A DNA stretch of 64,000 nucleotides from Eubacteriales bacterium (GTDB taxonomy: Bacteria > Bacillota > Clostridia > Oscillospirales > CAG-272): assembly GCA_045544195.1 (NCBI GenBank), contig JAZPYO010000022.1, positions 12,681 through 76,680 of the forward strand. Reading direction: 5' to 3'. The position numbers were made by a program, and so were the translations under genes. This document shows positions 30,001 through 36,461 of the stretch, piece after piece. Within the stretch, counting starts at the first letter, position 1. Each line of letters starts with the position of its first letter. Below the pieces are notes generated by a model. It was not told the DNA's origin. It made no database searches and saw only the letters and a list, made by a program, of their open reading frames with translations.

Positions 30001-32327
30001 TCTTCAAACGCATAAATATTCGTTGTATCCACCCAAGCTCTCAAACCGTTAGCATCGGTTGTGACTTTTTTGTACATCATTACGTTTGAATATTGCTGAC
30101 CTCTTCCTTCAGCAGTGGTCCTGTAATCGTTTGATGCCAATTCAGTAACAAAATTGCCTAAAGCACTGTCGTATCTGATATATCTTCTCGTTGATACATT
30201 CAAATCACCATACGTAGCATCATTTTTCTGAGTGATCGCATCATCAATGAATATGCCAAAACCACCGATCTTCCAGGTGTTAAAGTCATTATTTGTATTA
30301 CCGTTGCCATCCGCATCCTTAGGACATTCATTTACCAACGAGAAGTTTCCTGTTTCGGTGTTGATATTCGACGTAAGATAAAGGCCTGTGGCGGCGTTGC
30401 GCAGATAACCGCCCGAGCAATATACCCACTCCATATACTCATCACACGAATCAATATACGTGCCATTAAAAGTTGAGGTACTGTATGTGCCGTAAAGTGC
30501 GACATTTCTCGTCCTTAGTGTAGGAGAGGTTTTCGCATTCAGCATCGCATACGCCCAACCATTGTCATTCTGATATCCGTTTACAAAAACATACGACTCA
30601 CCTGCCACAAATGAATATGCGGGAGAGTTGGCACCACTACCGCCATTTACTGTTGTATAAGTGGAATTGGGAACGCTTGTATTGTTTTTCTTAACATCGT
30701 AAGCATTTATCAATTCATAACGTGTATACTTAAGAGGTGTTGTTGTATCGGGAAATACAACAAGATCGTATGTCAGAACAACATCGTCGTAATAATTTCC
30801 ATCATGGCTTGATGTGACCGTCAACGTAGTTTTTCCGGCCTTAACACCCGTAACAGACACCTTTCCATTTGAAAGCTTTACCGTGGCAACACTTTCATCA
30901 CTGCTCGTAACTGACTTTATAGTAAACTGCTCCAATATACAGTCAATGCCGATCGTCCCAGTGCTGCCTACTTTAAAGTTCTGAGCAACAGGACGGTCAG
31001 CCAATGTCACGCTTTCGGTAGTTTCGTTTACCTTGCGTGTTGCTGTGTTAGCATCAGCTGCAATTGTTGCACTTTTTACTCTTGTCGATGTAACGTTTGA
31101 CCTCGGATAAAGATAGTCAATATTAAGCGAAATGTTGAATTTATTATCGAGTCTTACAACATCGCCGTTTTTTCCAACGACCTGAGGATAGATATGAAGG
31201 TCGTGCATCTCGTAAGTAGAGAGATATTTACCCTCTGATTTAAGATTATGCAGTCCGTTGGCATCATATCTTTTAACTTCAACACGATCATCATAAATTG
31301 CAAACACCGTGCTTGTAAGAGTATTATCGGCAAATCCTTCAGCAGCAGTTCCTATATATCCTGTATATCCCGCATTCATATAAACGAAATTCAAGGTCTT
31401 CTCTGTAGCACCATAAATGGTTTTTGAATCCTTGACAGTTGTTGAACCGTTAGGGACATATATAATTTCACCGGGCTTGAGATATATAGATCCTTCACCG
31501 AGGTGTGCATCGTAGCTATTACCATGGTTATGACCAAAGAGGTAAAATATTGTAAGTCCGTGTGAACCCGCTTTATTTATGACATCAAAAAGATAATATG
31601 CATATCTGTTATCTTCGGATCTTGAACTGTGATGAAGCGGAACATGATTGATAATGAATATTGGCTTATTGTACTGCTGATCAACTTTAGCATTCAAATA
31701 CACCTCAAGATCGGCAGCAGTCTTTTTTACCGTATCCTCACCATTTGCAAGGGTACCCTGCTGGTACATAAAGTCCTTTTCATTTATTGCATAGACACCG
31801 TACTCTTCAGTATCATGAGGACCTGTCTCATCCAAGGGTGAGATAAAGAAGTCATGGTTACCCTGGATCATTACCGTGTCTTCGCGCGAAAGTCCGAATT
31901 GACTGCCCAAAACAGACTCAACCGCTGCTGTACCGTCCTGGGTGATAATCAAATTATTTCCATAAGGATTTGCATCTTTATACTTTGAATAATTTGCATA
32001 GTCACCGCCGAACAAGGCACCGGTAACCGCCTTATCTCCATTATAATCTTTTTTTATCGCCTTAACTATATCTGTTAACTGTGTGACACCATCTTTTATG
32101 CTGTTTGAGCCATACGTCACAAGACCGGTATTCTGATCAATAGAATCAATCTTGCGCGGCTGGAAGTCAGAGCCAGCATAGACAACCGCAAGCGGCTTTG
32201 AGCTGTCTGCTGCATCTGCAAGAGCTATGGCGTCCTCAGCGATAACTGCTATGGGCGATGCGACGAATGTGAGCGCAAGTAATACTGAAAGCAAGCGCTT
32301 ACATAATTGTTTTGGACTTGAAAACAT
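24057..32327 (-). CDS. 2756-aa secreted multidomain protein: calcineurin-like metallophosphoesterase, Ig-like (Big_2-type) domains, VWA domain, further beta-sandwich domains
   Basis: Signal peptide; MPP motifs GSDFQ, GGDY, QGNHD, HVPLH, FGHNH; Ig-like SSDESVATV and YATVDSAGTVKGVGVG; VWA DIVITLDFSTSM...GTNYDRAM...VLFMSDG; RBS GGAGG. Confidence 0.8.
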   Translation of the reverse strand: MFSSPKQLCKRLLSVLLALTFVASPIAVIAEDAIALADAADSSKPLAVVYAGSDFQPRKIDSIDQNTGLVTYGSNSIKDGVTQLTDIVKAIKKDYNGDKAVTGALFGGDYANYSKYKDANPYGNNLIITQDGTAAVESVLGSQFGLSREDTVMIQGNHDFFISPLDETGPHDTEEYGVYAINEKDFMYQQGTLANGEDTVKKTAADLEVYLNAKVDQQYNKPIFIINHVPLHHSSRSEDNRYAYYLFDVINKAGSHGLTIFYLFGHNHGNSYDAHLGEGSIYLKPGEIIYVPNGSTTVKDSKTIYGATEKTLNFVYMNAGYTGYIGTAAEGFADNTLTSTVFAIYDDRVEVKRYDANGLHNLKSEGKYLSTYEMHDLHIYPQVVGKNGDVVRLDNKFNISLNIDYLYPRSNVTSTRVKSATIAADANTATRKVNETTESVTLADRPVAQNFKVGSTGTIGIDCILEQFTIKSVTSSDESVATVKLSNGKVSVTGVKAGKTTLTVTSSHDGNYYDDVVLTYDLVVFPDTTTPLKYTRYELINAYDVKKNNTSVPNSTYTTVNGGSGANSPAYSFVAGESYVFVNGYQNDNGWAYAMLNAKTSPTLRTRNVALYGTYSTSTFNGTYIDSCDEYMEWVYCSGGYLRNAATGLYLTSNINTETGNFSLVNECPKDADGNGNTNNDFNTWKIGGFGIFIDDAITQKNDATYGDLNVSTRRYIRYDSALGNFVTELASNDYRTTAEGRGQQYSNVMMYKKVTTDANGLRAWVDTTNIYAFEDSLTGKTNATMYVSSGMNVTAVPVTMNMLTSATTYVSNLTEPGVIASNYKVIYDDVAVATGVTLTVKEKPQWTTTDSNKTIRVGEQVSIGSEVTVSGATVTYSYESLDRLYATVDSAGTVKGVGVGGASIRVTATATYSDGAVLTTTDDVYVTVRPANTCAQIIRAFGKNTVYSLVDSFKAAKYNEDPSVAEEVLIVSSDDPGDAYAMQYYEGRNNHIKAFPVNVESYNGVSFIQLDDQQSLLWRLTQESNFSKESKVCNGTYSNLSGIRLPNASYYQLDSALSGLRFITAITSLQHKAFAGLWPLDNDTSLYCTVGGASRIHDSILKSYPNTNGEGVTYTNPAAAWNYSQSNVGFAAINYNPYYYASLPTTHENYSPVIDEAINRFTTDGARYFTYVLTYNDANETFMTEFHDGVWPSGLNSTEYEGRVFAYAKRSIQTSGVIIWISDKNEGTVGYNATADTATGAMINITTHSPDSVSTVSYPITYGMLSSDEELDTTAAAEYDNVTVKYTHNGKEYTICQSFTLKVADTTDNYPDYPEQGSVNVTKSSDTSKYDYFGTGTSHIDLTVSGIPLSNGTDIVITLDFSTSMDEVVSHASGCNGTNCTTKCKTRVELLGEVLVEFLESLRAPDTNGKIPDVDVAIASFNGQTYMDTSHILSPLQSVHTNWNDGYSYYNEADQSKVRLQFVDVSDDSVADFIANVKADIVKMTPLNAQEYENFSVLRINRGTNYDRAMDITYDLLTQKKAINAARGEKRNQAVLFMSDGASFQYNYFGARWSNSGQSSNATIQTVNNGWVHHDKNGKAKWSYVLDGTLDDVTTGTFSNKNTLWHENFSTHKTADKKDPNGIVLTDDLFELFKEYYNPAGRHWMAEAIKGDPLKTYKIIDPDSNATNHIEYVNGLGATMYTVTVGIEYDKGMTAEVLNGVVERMASVDPILDANGDLQYDKDGYLIGTPYFYSATDAAAADTLKEAFSALSSQIQSSGDAVFSDKMGADFDLQMDSSYTVNNKPYNITPPSITITSYPLYKYWEVGTNINGVIVTEDMVGKRKSDVGTVIEEITFAGTANDRQAYSNLIGEGKTNILKNGIIQGKNVWYNTYTTSVMLNGETYEPETFYWMIGNVPEDEYVLGYDIYLSGSMEGTAFGGIHYTNEYARLDYINHLGNKCFKTVESPTLPWKEAYIGVNFYFVNKEGMPLVNRKTGQTGSFDMAQTLGKEKTQYVKFALNDSESVSAIAKAEQYVPAGYTLYDSAAEYNVFASSSPSIPQRWEIKKGAYMDVSSTYVTQFSSNVKSSNALTETNSDYSYTNTIVYFAIVATVDCVPDAVVIDYGLPVDIDVMENDILFTDNATLTAVGATDKVPENPEDTEEYRKDYDKNDFTTSYEGSYGNASVINETDVRYKLKSMLMDGVETFTYVANYTGDLGVNGYYYGNVTVIPATSIYYEDSDKDFVKLSAFEYKKPNSEVADGWVTVGATSDASQNDDRIGDVAANIYGSDEAYSNCTTYSYGSAQKITVKRDSGSDPGLYGKAEFTFEGTGFDVISLTSSDTGTIVVQVKDSNGKQVRSSIVDTYYGYKYEDSKWTESYTSDVLYQVPVIKMTGLDYGEYSVTVSVSYAPIFAHNDDKEEYDFYLDAIRIYDPAKGNDTVQQSYAKDLEAFPKYDEIRNLLIAAKDFNSNVANSEVSGAIFIDGIRSLTDSTASGIKLNKLLPLEFGWSVPELLYPDLEDASDHVSDYAHYGPNNELYLDANQAVAFDFTAPVELQKVHLAVKALKGGVTAGTLEVYGYDANNKMTDRVVISTKSATDTYTDITKIISMDEDVASMTTIVIKNTGSSLISITNLKTTYSSEVSTASATVNQATANRAFEVLQMIETPEIYTMHTSKKVAEAGESVNVVLTTSANADYVTVNGVKVTAYTENSAGSRIWSVDVVASGDANMVIEALAYNVTGTASEAVSADVRIKAVENVEIVTVLGAYIDEAISGK

Positions 32328-32410
32328 ACTTTTTTCCTCCGTTTTTCAAGTGAAATGTCATCAGGTGTTTAAGAATTAACACCTGAAATTGATATTAATA
32401 TACATAATGT

Positions 32411-32440
32411 ATTATAACATCGAACAGAGCAAAAAGTCAA
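32411..32440 (-). promoter_or_regulatory. Sigma-A promoter of the giant gene
   Basis: TTGACT-18 bp-TATAAT with extended -10 TG. Confidence 0.65.
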
Positions 32441-32581
32441 GTGATTTACTCTTATTTTTTTTGTAAATTCAGTTATTTACACAATGTTTACATTATGCAA
32501 AGCCATTGCAAAAAAAACTGTCGACTATAGCGGATAATGAACGAATATTCACCGTCGTTTTAAGAATAAAAAAGAAAAAAA

Positions 32582-32609
32582 GCAGTTAAAAGCAAAGCGT
32601 TTTAACTGC
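32582..32609 (-). terminator. Intrinsic terminator after the CDP-alcohol phosphatidyltransferase gene
   Basis: GCAGTTAAAA...TTTTAACTGC stem followed by a T-run on the minus strand. Confidence 0.75.
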
Positions 32610-32622
32610 CGTTTTACCATTT

Positions 32623-33204
32623 TCAGTTAAGAAATTTTTTGAGGGGATCGTTTTTCAATTTCAAGATCATCTTTCTTTTCGGATCGTAGTTTTTTGACGA
32701 CAAGTGTATTATAAGCTCCTCCAAAGATGCTATGTTTGCAACAGTGCATACCGTTATACATACTGCTGTAAACGCCGCATTATTGAATATAAAATACGGA
32801 ACTGTAAATATCGTAAGGCTTGTGAGCTTATTCATATACGTATGCACCGCGGCAAAGCGTTTATATTTTATTGCCGCTATAACATATGATGATGCCCTTA
32901 CCGCCAGCGCCGTTGCAACCGTATACCAGACAAACTGCGGCAAAATATCAACAAGATTTGCGAATATTTTGAATATCATGACCGCGTAAAAAAGCATATC
33001 TGCGATACTGTCAAGCTTTGCACCGAATTCCGATGACGTTTTTGTAAGTCTTGCGGTTATTCCGTCAACAGCATCACTCAGACCGCAGAGCGTATATAAA
33101 ACATAGAAAGCCACAGTAAACGGTTCTACGAGCAGCAATATCAAAGAGCCGACCACTCGAAAAGCCGTTATACAATTTGCGGCTGTTAAATATTTAATCT
33201 TCAT
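32623..33204 (-). CDS. CDP-alcohol phosphatidyltransferase family protein
   Basis: ANCITAFR, GLSDAVDGITAR..S.FGAKLDSIAD signature; TM helices. Confidence 0.9.
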   Translation of the reverse strand: MKIKYLTAANCITAFRVVGSLILLLVEPFTVAFYVLYTLCGLSDAVDGITARLTKTSSEFGAKLDSIADMLFYAVMIFKIFANLVDILPQFVWYTVATALAVRASSYVIAAIKYKRFAAVHTYMNKLTSLTIFTVPYFIFNNAAFTAVCITVCTVANIASLEELIIHLSSKNYDPKRKMILKLKNDPLKKFLN

Positions 33205-33332
33205 TCTCTCTATACTCCAGCCGAAAAAATATTGATGTTTTAATTATAAACACATAAAAGAAAAATATCAACTGTGTTATTGCATAAATTTGTAATTATT
33301 TGTTTAATTTTTCTCAATCACACGTGAGCTTG

Positions 33333-33773
33333 TCAGTTTTTGTCCTTGAACATGGGGGTATATTCCTCGTTCCCCTTTGATTTTACAAAAAGTCTTGAAA
33401 TAAGTATACCCAGATCAATAACTGCGTATATTATAGCTACCGTAACAAGAATTACTATAAGCGTCTGAGGCGTCATATGGCTTCCGCTTGCCGTCATTCC
33501 GTTGAAATAGAACAACAGCGAAAGCGCAATAAACATCATCAACGCATGAAGCATATATCTTATCTGAAAGCTGAGCTTTTTTACCTTAAAGACAAGGTTT
33601 ACAAAAGAAACTGCAAGAGAAAAAGCAAAAAGAACCAGCAGATTGTAAGATGCAATATATGAAACCTGCTCAAGCGTCACCTCGGCAAACACCGTCAGCG
33701 CAAAGACGAATATTGCAAACAGCACACAGGCAAATTTTATCCTATCGTAAATAAGCTGAAAAGTTTTTTTCAT
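33333..33773 (-). CDS. Small 4-TM membrane protein (possibly DUF3021-like)
   Basis: Four hydrophobic segments, QIRYMLH motif, RBS AAAGGATG. Confidence 0.6.
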   Translation of the reverse strand: MKKTFQLIYDRIKFACVLFAIFVFALTVFAEVTLEQVSYIASYNLLVLFAFSLAVSFVNLVFKVKKLSFQIRYMLHALMMFIALSLLFYFNGMTASGSHMTPQTLIVILVTVAIIYAVIDLGILISRLFVKSKGNEEYTPMFKDKN

Positions 33774-34018
33774 TCAAGATCATCCTTTACAAATTTCATA
33801 ACGAAATACTGCTTTTGACACCGTGAAGGTATCCGTATTTTCGTCAATTTTATCACGCTTAAAACGAATTGTCAATATTTTGAGGTAAAATTTAAGGTTA
33901 AATCAAGCACATAGATATAAAAACGAATTATTTTATCCAAAGTTCAGAAAAAGGATTGAAATTACCGTTATCTTATGGTATAATCGCATCAATAAGAAGC
34001 CGAAAGGAGAAATTCATT

Positions 34019-35176
34019 ATGGCAGAAAGCATACTTGACGCTTACAAGCACGAGCGTCACGAAGAAACTGTTATTGACACAACAAAAAAATTGAAGATAG
34101 GTATCATCGGTACGGGCTGGATAGCAAGTGCTCATATGGAAAGCTACTTGAAAATGCCCGATGTTGAGATCGTTGCAGGTGCCGATCTTATTCCCGGTAA
34201 GGCAGACGATTTTTTCAAAAAATACAACATAAATGCCCGCACTTATCTTTCGCACAAGGAAATGATAGATGCCGAGCCTGAATTGGATGCCGTAAGCGTT
34301 TGCACCTACAACGCAACACACGCTGAATGCACAATATACGCCCTTAAGAAAGGTCTGCACGTACTGCTTGAAAAGCCTATGTGCGTAACTCTCGAGGAAG
34401 CTATTGATATCTGCCGTGCGGAAAAGGAAAGCGGAAAGGTGCTTTCTATCGGATTCCAGCCCAGATTCGATGCAAACATGAAAATGATCAAAAAGCTCGT
34501 TGAAAGCGGTGAGCTTGGTAAGGTTTACTATATTCAGACAGGCGGCGGCAGAAGACGCGGTATTCCCACCCCCTTCGGAACCTCCTTCATTGAAAAGGAA
34601 ACGGGCGGTATTGGTGCATTGGGTGATATCGGGTGCTATTCGCTTGATATGGTCATGAACGCTATCGGATATCCGAAGCCCCTCACGGTTACGGGATATA
34701 AGTCAGACTTTTTCGGAAAGAACCCCGAATATATGCCCTGCCCCGAGTATGCCGAAAAATTCGGTGTTGACGATTTCGGTGCAGGATTTGTAAGACTTGA
34801 GGGCGGAATAATCATCGACTTCAGAATTGCATGGGCTATGCACGTAGACACCCCCGGTGACACGATAATCTTTGGTACTAAGGCTGCTTTACGTATTCCG
34901 TCTACAGACTGCTGGAACGGTACTGTCGGCGGTCCGATGATACTGTATCATGATGTATGCGGAACACAGACGCAGACCGAAATACCGATACTTAAGAACT
35001 CTGAAAAGGATTCGCTGTTTGACCTTAAGATACGTTCATTCCTTGATGCGATCAAAAACGGAACTCCTTCCCCTGTTCCTTCAAGCCAGATCATATACAA
35101 TCAGGCTATTTTATCGGGTATCTGCCGTTCTGCAGAGCTCGGTCACGAGATCCAGATCGAAATTCCCGAAATTTAA
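34019..35176 (+). CDS. Gfo/Idh/MocA family oxidoreductase
   Basis: IGIIGTGWIA, HVLLEKPMC, GALGDIGCYSLD; start ATG 34019 after AAAGGAG. Confidence 0.92.
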   Translation: MAESILDAYKHERHEETVIDTTKKLKIGIIGTGWIASAHMESYLKMPDVEIVAGADLIPGKADDFFKKYNINARTYLSHKEMIDAEPELDAVSVCTYNATHAECTIYALKKGLHVLLEKPMCVTLEEAIDICRAEKESGKVLSIGFQPRFDANMKMIKKLVESGELGKVYYIQTGGGRRRGIPTPFGTSFIEKETGGIGALGDIGCYSLDMVMNAIGYPKPLTVTGYKSDFFGKNPEYMPCPEYAEKFGVDDFGAGFVRLEGGIIIDFRIAWAMHVDTPGDTIIFGTKAALRIPSTDCWNGTVGGPMILYHDVCGTQTQTEIPILKNSEKDSLFDLKIRSFLDAIKNGTPSPVPSSQIIYNQAILSGICRSAELGHEIQIEIPEI

Positions 35177-35194
35177 TTTCTCAACAGAATATCA

Positions 35195-35233
35195 AAAGCT
35201 CCCGACGGTCACAAGATCATCGGGAGCTTTTTC
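35195..35233. repeat. Terminator hairpin copy A (direct repeat with 36418-36455)
   Basis: AAAAGCTCCCGACGGTC-ACAA-GATCATCGGGAGCTTTT between convergent genes. Confidence 0.85.
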
Positions 35234-35239
35234 AAGCTC

Positions 35240-35647
35240 TTATTCTTTCGTAAATGTGCCTATGTCCATGCTCTTTTTATCACATTCATCTCTTTCCTTG
35301 TCATACTCGACTATTACGTCATAGTTTGCAGTATGAGTATGTCCGTAATCGTCAACCACGCTTACTGTTCCGCTGACTTTATACATAGTCGTTTTATCAG
35401 GGTCGATGTCATCTAAATATTCATAATTTATATTTCTTACCGAGCCGTATGTGCAGTTTTTCCATTTGATATTATCACTGCCTAATTTTGATGCCGTTAC
35501 CTTTGCCATAAGGTTTACCGTAGCACAGTCCTTTGCTTTTTCTTCAGGGGTTCTAGCGGTCGTATCATCCGAATTGCCGCAACCTGATAAACCAAAGCAG
35601 GATGCAAACATCATAATAACCAATAATAAACTAAGAATTCTTTTCAT
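35240..35647 (-). CDS. Small lipoprotein (135 aa), function unknown
   Basis: MKRILSLLLVIMMFASCFGLSGC lipobox; RBS AAAAGGAG; start reset to 35647. Confidence 0.8.
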   Translation of the reverse strand: MKRILSLLLVIMMFASCFGLSGCGNSDDTTARTPEEKAKDCATVNLMAKVTASKLGSDNIKWKNCTYGSVRNINYEYLDDIDPDKTTMYKVSGTVSVVDDYGHTHTANYDVIVEYDKERDECDKKSMDIGTFTKE

Positions 35648-35680
35648 TTTAACTCCTTTTTGATAGTGAAACACCATACG

Positions 35681-35708
35681 ATATCTGATTGAATCGCCGA
35701 TCAGATAT
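35681..35708. other. Intergenic stem-loop inside the cassette
   Basis: ATATCTGAT...ATCAGATAT; the T-run is on the plus strand only. Confidence 0.5.
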
Positions 35709-35711
35709 TTT

Positions 35712-35945
35712 TTAATTTTGGTTTTTGTTTGAAGTGTCTTTTTTAAAAATAAAATAAAGGAATACTGCACACACAGGAATAGACAGTATCATTCCGAGTA
35801 TTAAAGATGAAACAAGACACGCAAAAAATCCGCCTATCGCAAGAGGTATCTTTCCTTTGATAGCACCGCATATCGCCGGAATTGCACCTATGGCCGCCCC
35901 CATTATGAGAGCACCGATAATTGCTCCAAAAGCAAAGCTTTCCAT
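35712..35945 (-). CDS. 77-aa Gly/Ala-rich small membrane protein
   Basis: Almost entirely hydrophobic (2-3 TM) with a KK tail; RBS AAAGGAG. Confidence 0.75.
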   Translation of the reverse strand: MESFAFGAIIGALIMGAAIGAIPAICGAIKGKIPLAIGGFFACLVSSLILGMILSIPVCAVFLYFIFKKDTSNKNQN

Positions 35946-36008
35946 AATTAATCTCCTTTCGTTTTTTTAAATTTAAGAAATTCTCGGATAAAAAACTTCT
36001 TACGACTT

Positions 36009-36052
36009 ATTATAACACCAAACGGTGTTATTTGTCAACACCTTTTGGTGTT
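36009..36052 (-). promoter_or_regulatory. Consensus sigma-A promoter overlaid by two palindromic operators
   Basis: TTGACA (36033-36038)-18 bp-TATAAT (36009-36014) on the minus strand; AACACC-N4-GGTGTT at 36014-36029 and 36037-36052. Confidence 0.8.
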
Positions 36053-36096
36053 TTTTATATAATAAATGTGCAGAATTATTAATGGAGGTTTTTTAT

Positions 36097-36294
36097 ATGT
36101 TTATTTATCCGAGAGTCAGAGATCTTCGTGAAGACCGTGATCTTACACAAAAGGATATAGCAAATATGCTTAATGTTCAGCTCACTGTATATCAAAGATA
36201 CGAAAGAGGCGAGCGTGAGCTTCCGCTGTGGGTTGCTATTAAATTAGCTGATTTTTACAAGGTGACGCTTGATTATCTTGTTGGGAGAGATTAA
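36097..36294 (+). CDS. Small stand-alone XRE-family HTH regulator (65 aa)
   Basis: RVRDLREDRDLTQKDIANMLNV...YQRYERGERELP...LADFYKVTLDYLVGR; RBS GGAGG. Confidence 0.92.
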   Translation: MFIYPRVRDLREDRDLTQKDIANMLNVQLTVYQRYERGERELPLWVAIKLADFYKVTLDYLVGRD

Positions 36295-36417
36295 GATCGT
36301 CTGTAATTGCATTTTCGTATGCTGTTGCTGATCTTCGTTATAACGATATCGGTAATAAACTAAAAATATCCAAACGAAAAATATATTTTCCAAGGTATTT
36401 ATTATAGGAGAGAATAT

Positions 36418-36455
36418 AAAGCTCCCGACGGTCATTACGATCGTCGGGAGCTTTT
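36418..36455. repeat. Terminator hairpin copy B (direct repeat with 35195-35233)
   Basis: AAAGCTCCCGACGGTC-ATTAC-GATCGTCGGGAGCTTTT between convergent genes. Confidence 0.85.
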
Positions 36456-36461
36456 GGTGTT

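Noticed and set aside
35240-36294. Prophage immunity-region remnant
   Set aside because: No integrase, ImmA or other phage gene nearby, and the XRE is divergent from the lipoprotein rather than co-oriented as cI usually is. Kept only as the cassette finding.
36327-36340. Shared AAGATCAGCA downstream of two XRE genes (also about 55269)
   Set aside because: Opposite orientation relative to each gene, and a 10-mer match is expected by chance.
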